This document shows positions 27,615 to 32,000 of a DNA stretch of 32,000 bases, one piece after another. The notes below the pieces were generated by a model. That model was not told the origin of the DNA, ran no database searches, and saw nothing but the letters and a program-made list of their open reading frames with translations. Within the stretch, counting starts at the first letter, position 1, and the number at the start of each line of letters is the position of its first letter. The position numbers and the translations under genes are program-made. Source of the DNA: Planctopirus limnophila DSM 3776 (GTDB lineage: Bacteria > Planctomycetota > Planctomycetia > Planctomycetales > Planctomycetaceae); assembly GCF_000092105.1 (NCBI RefSeq), contig NC_014148.1:3810001-3842000 (forward strand), given 5' to 3'.

Positions 27615-28262
27615 TCAGTCATTTTTAGGCGCTATCCCCAACCCTGCGCGGATGTTGGCCTGGATTTCATCGCGGGTCAGGCGCCCATCGACATCAATAA
27701 CAAGTTCCTTTTTGCGGAAGAGTTCCAGCGCCGGTTCGGTTTTCGTGCGATAGTCGTTTAGCCTCGATCGAATGGCATCGTGATTGTCATCATCCCGCTG
27801 AACGAGCTTGCCATTGCAGACATCGCACACATCATCCTGTGCAGGGCGATGGAAAATCAGATTGTAATCCAGCCCGCAGTTGCTGCAGAGCCTTCGCGCC
27901 AGCACGCGTTCAAACACCACCTGATCGGGCACATCGATATGAATGACGGCATCAATGTCGTAGCTCTCGAGAAAGAACCTCGCCTGCACAAGATTTCTCG
28001 GGAAACCATCGAGAATAAAGCCGTAGTTCCAGTCGTGTTCGCCCAGTCGTGCCCGGATGATGTCTTCGACCGTGTCGTCGGGAACCAGCTGCCCTTCCGC
28101 AATCTGCCGCTTGATTCGCGCACCCAGCTTGGTGTGGGTCTGAATATGCCAGCGAAAAATATCTCCCACGCTGATATGCACAAGATCGAGATCATCCTTG
28201 AGGAGTTTGGCCTGCGTACCTTTGCCGCAACCCTGAACACCCATGATGACATACTTATGCAT
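27615..28262 (-). CDS. adk: Adenylate kinase (long form with Cys4 zinc LID)
   Basis: The N-terminus is MHKYVIMGVQGCGKGTQAKLL, containing the P-loop. Further motifs are ISVGDIFR, ILDGFPRN, and the LID CSNCGLDYN...CDVCNGKLVQRDDD. I place the start at ATG 28262. The 31-codon upstream extension in the track ORF has no family counterpart. Confidence 0.9.
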   Translation of the reverse strand: MHKYVIMGVQGCGKGTQAKLLKDDLDLVHISVGDIFRWHIQTHTKLGARIKRQIAEGQLVPDDTVEDIIRARLGEHDWNYGFILDGFPRNLVQARFFLESYDIDAVIHIDVPDQVVFERVLARRLCSNCGLDYNLIFHRPAQDDVCDVCNGKLVQRDDDNHDAIRSRLNDYRTKTEPALELFRKKELVIDVDGRLTRDEIQANIRAGLGIAPKND

Positions 28263-28577
28263 AATACAACTCTCCCACGATCCATTCGACGACAGGCCCT
28301 TTGGCCACAAGTGGGGAGTTTGACGACTCGACCGATTGAATTCCACAATTGACACTCCCGGAGAACGCGAGAATCATCACCCGCATGGTCGGGAATTCGT
28401 TACAATGCATACTTCCGGAGCAGTCTGGTTCCGGGCTGGGCTCTCTTTTCGCCAGATGCCGGAGACTTTGACAATCCCCTCGCAATTCCATGTGGAATTG
28501 ACTGAAACATCGATTTTCCAGGCCTAATGATTCTCCCGGGCGAATTCGACGTTCCGTGACAAGAAAGCTTTCCGATA

Positions 28578-31211
28578 GTGACTCTGCTCTCCGCTCCAGG
28601 AAATGAAACTGGCAAAAGTCTCGGCTCACGTCCCGAGTTGCTCGCACCGGCAGGCAGCCGCGAAGCCATTCGAGCCGCCATCGAAAATGGCGCCACTGCT
28701 GTCTACTTCGGCCTGCAATGCGGCTTCAACGCCAGGGCTAGAGCCACCAATATCGCCACCACCGATCTCCCCGAAGTCATGCAGGAACTGCACAGTCGCG
28801 GTGTTCGCGGCTATGTCACACTCAACACGCTCATCTTTTCCGACGAGCTTGAAGAGTTTGAGTCCATCGTCAGGCTTTGTGCCGAATCAGGAGTCGATGC
28901 TGTTCTTCTACAGGATTTAGGTGCAGCCCGTCTCTGTCAGGCGATTTGCCCCGCTCTCCCCATTCACGCTTCGACCCAGATGACACTCACCAGCGCGGAG
29001 TGCATCGAAGTTGCCAAGGAGTTGGGAATCAGCCGGGTTGTACTCCCCCGTGAACTCTCCATCGATGAGATCCGCAAACTGCATTCCGCGACCAGTATGC
29101 CACTGGAAGCCTTTGTGCATGGAGCACTGTGCGTTGCCTATTCGGGCCAGTGCCTGACGAGTGAATCATTGGGTGGCCGCAGTGCCAATCGGGGTCAATG
29201 CGCTCAGGCTTGCCGCTTACCCTACGAACTGATCTGCGATGGGCAGGATGTCGATCTCGGCAATGTCCGCTATCTGCTCAGCCCGCAGGATCTGGCTGCT
29301 TATGAACTCACTCCCGAACTCATCGAGGCTGGAGTGATATCATTCAAAATTGAAGGCCGCTTAAAAACTCCCGAATATGTGGCGAACATCACCAAGCATT
29401 ATCGTGATGCGATTGATCGCAGCACCATGGGGGAGCTTCCTCAATGGACACCTGACGTTCGTCGCGAAATGGAGTTGAGCTTCTCGCGAGGCTTTTCGAC
29501 AGGCTGGCTGAAAGGGTGCGATCACAAAGAACTTGTCCCGGGCCTCTCTTCAAGTAAGCGAGGTGTACTGCTGGGAAAAGTGTTGCGAGTGGCTCCACCG
29601 CGCATTCTGCTCAGGCTCGAAAGCCCGCTCAGTCGTGGCGATGGCGTCGTCTTCGATGGCGACCGCACCACAGGTGAAGAGCAAGGTGGCCGCGTCTATG
29701 AACTCTTCACACCTCGGCAGAATGGCCAGTCATTACGATTTGAAGGGACTGCGGAAGCTGGCCTGGTCGAAGTGGAGTTCGCCACCGGTGCGATCGATTT
29801 TGCAAAGATCGCGCCCGAGCAGAAACTGTGGAAAACCGATGACCCTCAGCTGATTCAAAAGCTTCGCCGTACATTCACCGGGCCGGAAGCTCTGGCCCGC
29901 ATGCCACTCGATCTGCAAGTCGTGGCTCGAGCGGGCGAAGCTCTGCAAGTCTCTGCTTGTCTCTATCGTCAGGATGGTACAAGTCTGCCGACCGTGGTCG
30001 TCACCTCGACCGAACCACTTCCCGTGGCCACAAAACATGCCGTCACGGAAACCTATCTGCTCGAACAGTTGGGACGCCTTGGGCATACCCCTTTCGCGAT
30101 ACGTGATCTCTCTGCCGAGATTGTGGGCGGCCCGATGGTTCCCATGAGCCTGCTTTCCAAAGTCAGGCAGGAACTCATCCGCCAACTCCTCGAAGCTCTG
30201 GCCATTCCGGAAACTCGTACAGCAGCCACCCAGCCCATTCTCACCACCTGGCGCCAGCATCTGCAGCAATCGCGCATCGAAAGCCTCGTTCCCGAAGAGA
30301 ATTCGACAACAGCAAATCAAACTCTACTCCCGCAACTTTTCGTCATGGTCCGTCAGCCCGCGCAACTGGAGCATCTCGTTCCCACTGAGCTGGAGCTCCC
30401 TGGCCAGGCACAACTTGGTGGCGTATATGTCGACTTCGCAGATATTCGCGAGTACCGCCAGGCTGCTGACTGGGGACGCGCTCATGGAGTGAAGGTCTGG
30501 CTGGCCACGCCGCGCATTCAGAAGCCGGGTGAATACCCCATTTTTGCCGCGATGGCCAAACATGCTCCCGCTGGTTTTCTGGTACGAAATCTCGCGGGAA
30601 TTGATTACTGCACTCGTAAAAACATTCCCTTCGTAATCGATTTCTCGCTCAATTGCGCGAACGAACTGACAGCCGAGTACCTGGAAGGCTTTGGCCCTGA
30701 AAGACTGACCCTTTCCTACGATCTCAACCGTGAACAACTTCTCGATCTCGTGCGTGCCGCCCGGCCGCAACGACTCGAAGTCGTCATTCACCAGCAGATG
30801 CCCATGTTCCATATGGAGCATTGTGTCTTCTGTGCTGTCCTTTCGCCGGGAACCAATAAAACGAACTGCGGCCGCCCTTGTGACAACCACTTTGTCGAGC
30901 TGCGTGATCGTGTGGGTATGCAACATCCCCTGACAGCCGATGTCGGTTGCCGGAACACGCTGTTCAATGCCCAGCCTCAAAGTGCTGCCGAGGTCGTTCC
31001 GGATCTGCTCGAGCATGGGGTGAGAAACTTCCGCCTCGAGTTTCTGAATCAGGATCGTCAAACCATCCGCCGAACGATCTGTGAATATCAGGCACTGCTC
31101 GATGGTCAAAGAAGAGGCCGCGAAGTCTGGCAATCGCTGAGCGCGATGAATCGCGTCGGTGTCACTCGTGGCACGCTCGAAGAACGTCGCAACCCACTGG
31201 CAATCCTGTAA
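28578..31211 (+). CDS. U32 family protein with two U32-like halves (collagenase-like peptidase family, DUF3656-type architecture)
   Basis: 877-aa ORF. The GTG start directly follows an in-frame stop. The N-terminal half has ELLAPAGSREAIRAAIENGATAVYFG and the U32 signature EAFVHGALCVAYSGQCLTS. The C-terminal half repeats the barrel-like pattern (VWLATPRI, FLVRNLAG, EVVIHQQMPMFHMEHCVFC). Confidence 0.88.
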   Translation: MTLLSAPGNETGKSLGSRPELLAPAGSREAIRAAIENGATAVYFGLQCGFNARARATNIATTDLPEVMQELHSRGVRGYVTLNTLIFSDELEEFESIVRLCAESGVDAVLLQDLGAARLCQAICPALPIHASTQMTLTSAECIEVAKELGISRVVLPRELSIDEIRKLHSATSMPLEAFVHGALCVAYSGQCLTSESLGGRSANRGQCAQACRLPYELICDGQDVDLGNVRYLLSPQDLAAYELTPELIEAGVISFKIEGRLKTPEYVANITKHYRDAIDRSTMGELPQWTPDVRREMELSFSRGFSTGWLKGCDHKELVPGLSSSKRGVLLGKVLRVAPPRILLRLESPLSRGDGVVFDGDRTTGEEQGGRVYELFTPRQNGQSLRFEGTAEAGLVEVEFATGAIDFAKIAPEQKLWKTDDPQLIQKLRRTFTGPEALARMPLDLQVVARAGEALQVSACLYRQDGTSLPTVVVTSTEPLPVATKHAVTETYLLEQLGRLGHTPFAIRDLSAEIVGGPMVPMSLLSKVRQELIRQLLEALAIPETRTAATQPILTTWRQHLQQSRIESLVPEENSTTANQTLLPQLFVMVRQPAQLEHLVPTELELPGQAQLGGVYVDFADIREYRQAADWGRAHGVKVWLATPRIQKPGEYPIFAAMAKHAPAGFLVRNLAGIDYCTRKNIPFVIDFSLNCANELTAEYLEGFGPERLTLSYDLNREQLLDLVRAARPQRLEVVIHQQMPMFHMEHCVFCAVLSPGTNKTNCGRPCDNHFVELRDRVGMQHPLTADVGCRNTLFNAQPQSAAEVVPDLLEHGVRNFRLEFLNQDRQTIRRTICEYQALLDGQRRGREVWQSLSAMNRVGVTRGTLEERRNPLAIL

Positions 31212-31224
31212 CAGGAAAACTGTC

Positions 31225-31677
31225 ATGGGTTCTGAGACCTCGCCCAGTCAACAAAACAGCACGAATCTGAATGCGCAACCTGGCAATAGCGAAACTACCG
31301 CTCGCTATTGCGGCATGACGCATGGCGATGCCTTGGTGGTTTTTGGATTGGCTCTTCTGCTGCTCGGCCTCGCGGGTGGGCGATTTGTGTGGCATGGAGT
31401 GTGGGGGAATCCACTGGTGCATGTCGAAACGCTCCAGGGAGAACCCATTCCGCTGAAGATCGACATTAACTCAGCGAACTGGATCGAGTTTTTGCAGTTA
31501 GATGGAATTGGCGAAACTCTGGCTCGTCGGATTGTGGCCGACCGTGACGAACGAGGCCCATTCCAGAGCGTTGACGATCTGGTTCGCGTCCGTGGCCTGG
31601 GCGAAAAAATGATCGAACGCTTTCGCCCCTACCTCACGTGCGAGCCTCGCCCAAAGTCATCCGTTAACGATCCCTGA
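31225..31677 (+). CDS. comEA: ComEA-family helix-hairpin-helix DNA-binding protein with an N-terminal membrane anchor
   Basis: The anchor is ALVVFGLALLLLGLAGG. The HhH tandem is ININSANWIEFLQLDGIGETLARRIVADRDERGPFQSVDDLVRVRGLGEKMIERF. I place the start at ATG 31225, 13 nt after the U32 stop. The track ORF begins at an overlapping upstream GTG. Confidence 0.8.
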   Translation: MGSETSPSQQNSTNLNAQPGNSETTARYCGMTHGDALVVFGLALLLLGLAGGRFVWHGVWGNPLVHVETLQGEPIPLKIDINSANWIEFLQLDGIGETLARRIVADRDERGPFQSVDDLVRVRGLGEKMIERFRPYLTCEPRPKSSVNDP

Positions 31678-32000
31678 GAGTCTCGCCATTGGGCAGCAAA
31701 ATCTCACCTTCAGAGGTTGAGAAAACCAGATTTTTGCGAATACAGGGGGTTTGGCACAAATAGATAAACACGACTCGGCGGTTTTTGCAACTTTTACCAA
31801 AAAAACTGCCATTGACGCTCTTGCGGGCACGCTCGATGGGCGATATTTCCTTCATAAGTGAAGAAAGACTCGTCGCATCAGCGGCGTGTACCAAGGTCAA
31901 GATGATCCCGGTGCTTTCAAAGTCACTTTTGGCAAGGATGCCCGACCATGAGCCGATTGCGTGTTTACTGGCCTGATGCTGTCAGCGATGCAGAAGAGTT

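Noticed and set aside
28263-28355. 31-codon N-terminal extension of the adk ORF (MSIVEFNRSS...)
   Set aside because: Adenylate kinases begin a few residues before the P-loop. MHKYVIMGVQGCGKGT at ATG 28262 fits this, and the extension has no counterpart in the family.
31664-32000. ORFs 31664..31900 (-) and 31785..31976 (+), a minus-strand frame entering from the right edge (ends about 31893), and an ATG at 31976 running off the window
   Set aside because: These frames are short, mutually overlapping and motif-free, or truncated to 8-36 codons. The region looks intergenic or promoter-like. There is not enough sequence to call anything.
1-32000. Search for CRISPR arrays, tRNA/rRNA genes, integrases, transposases and long terminal or direct repeats
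   Set aside because: Reading both strands turned up no regularly spaced repeats, no T-loop (GGTTCGAATCC-like) contexts, and no recombinase or transposase motifs. This was a visual scan only, so short or degenerate elements could have been missed.

Overview
The window reads as an ordinary chromosomal region of a Planctomycetota-type genome, about 50-55% GC. That assignment is an inference from the PSCyt/DUF1549/DUF1553 giant protein paired with a Tat-signal DUF1501 protein, plus many lineage-style hypotheticals. All family calls come from motif recognition in the supplied translations; no similarity search was run.

The dominant feature is a seven-gene minus-strand aa3-type cytochrome c oxidase cluster at 13.4-21.6 kb. 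Its order is lipoprotein diheme cytochrome c, CoxII, CoxI, heme A synthase, heme O synthase, CoxIII, CoxIV. The remaining genes are:
- a partial PQQ-like beta-propeller gene at the left edge (absent from the ORF track because it runs off the window)
- an FHA-domain protein
- an MBL-fold hydrolase
- a lower-GC orphan secreted protein
- an NHS-like MFS transporter
- a small Flp-pilin-like protein
- a citrate-synthase-fold protein
- thrC
- adk
- a tandem-domain U32 protein
- a ComEA-like protein

I found no rRNA, tRNA, CRISPR array, integrase or transposase.

I do not see a clear multi-gene novel system. The best candidates for follow-up are:
1. A citrate-synthase homologue with all catalytic residues replaced, sitting next to thrC.
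2. A CoxIII carrying a hydrophilic insertion of about 150 aa.
3. A solitary nucleotidyltransferase-fold gene wedged inside the DUF1553/DUF1501 pair.
4. An orphan Flp-like protein with a long C-terminal extension.
5. A two-domain U32 protein with two different four-Cys motifs.
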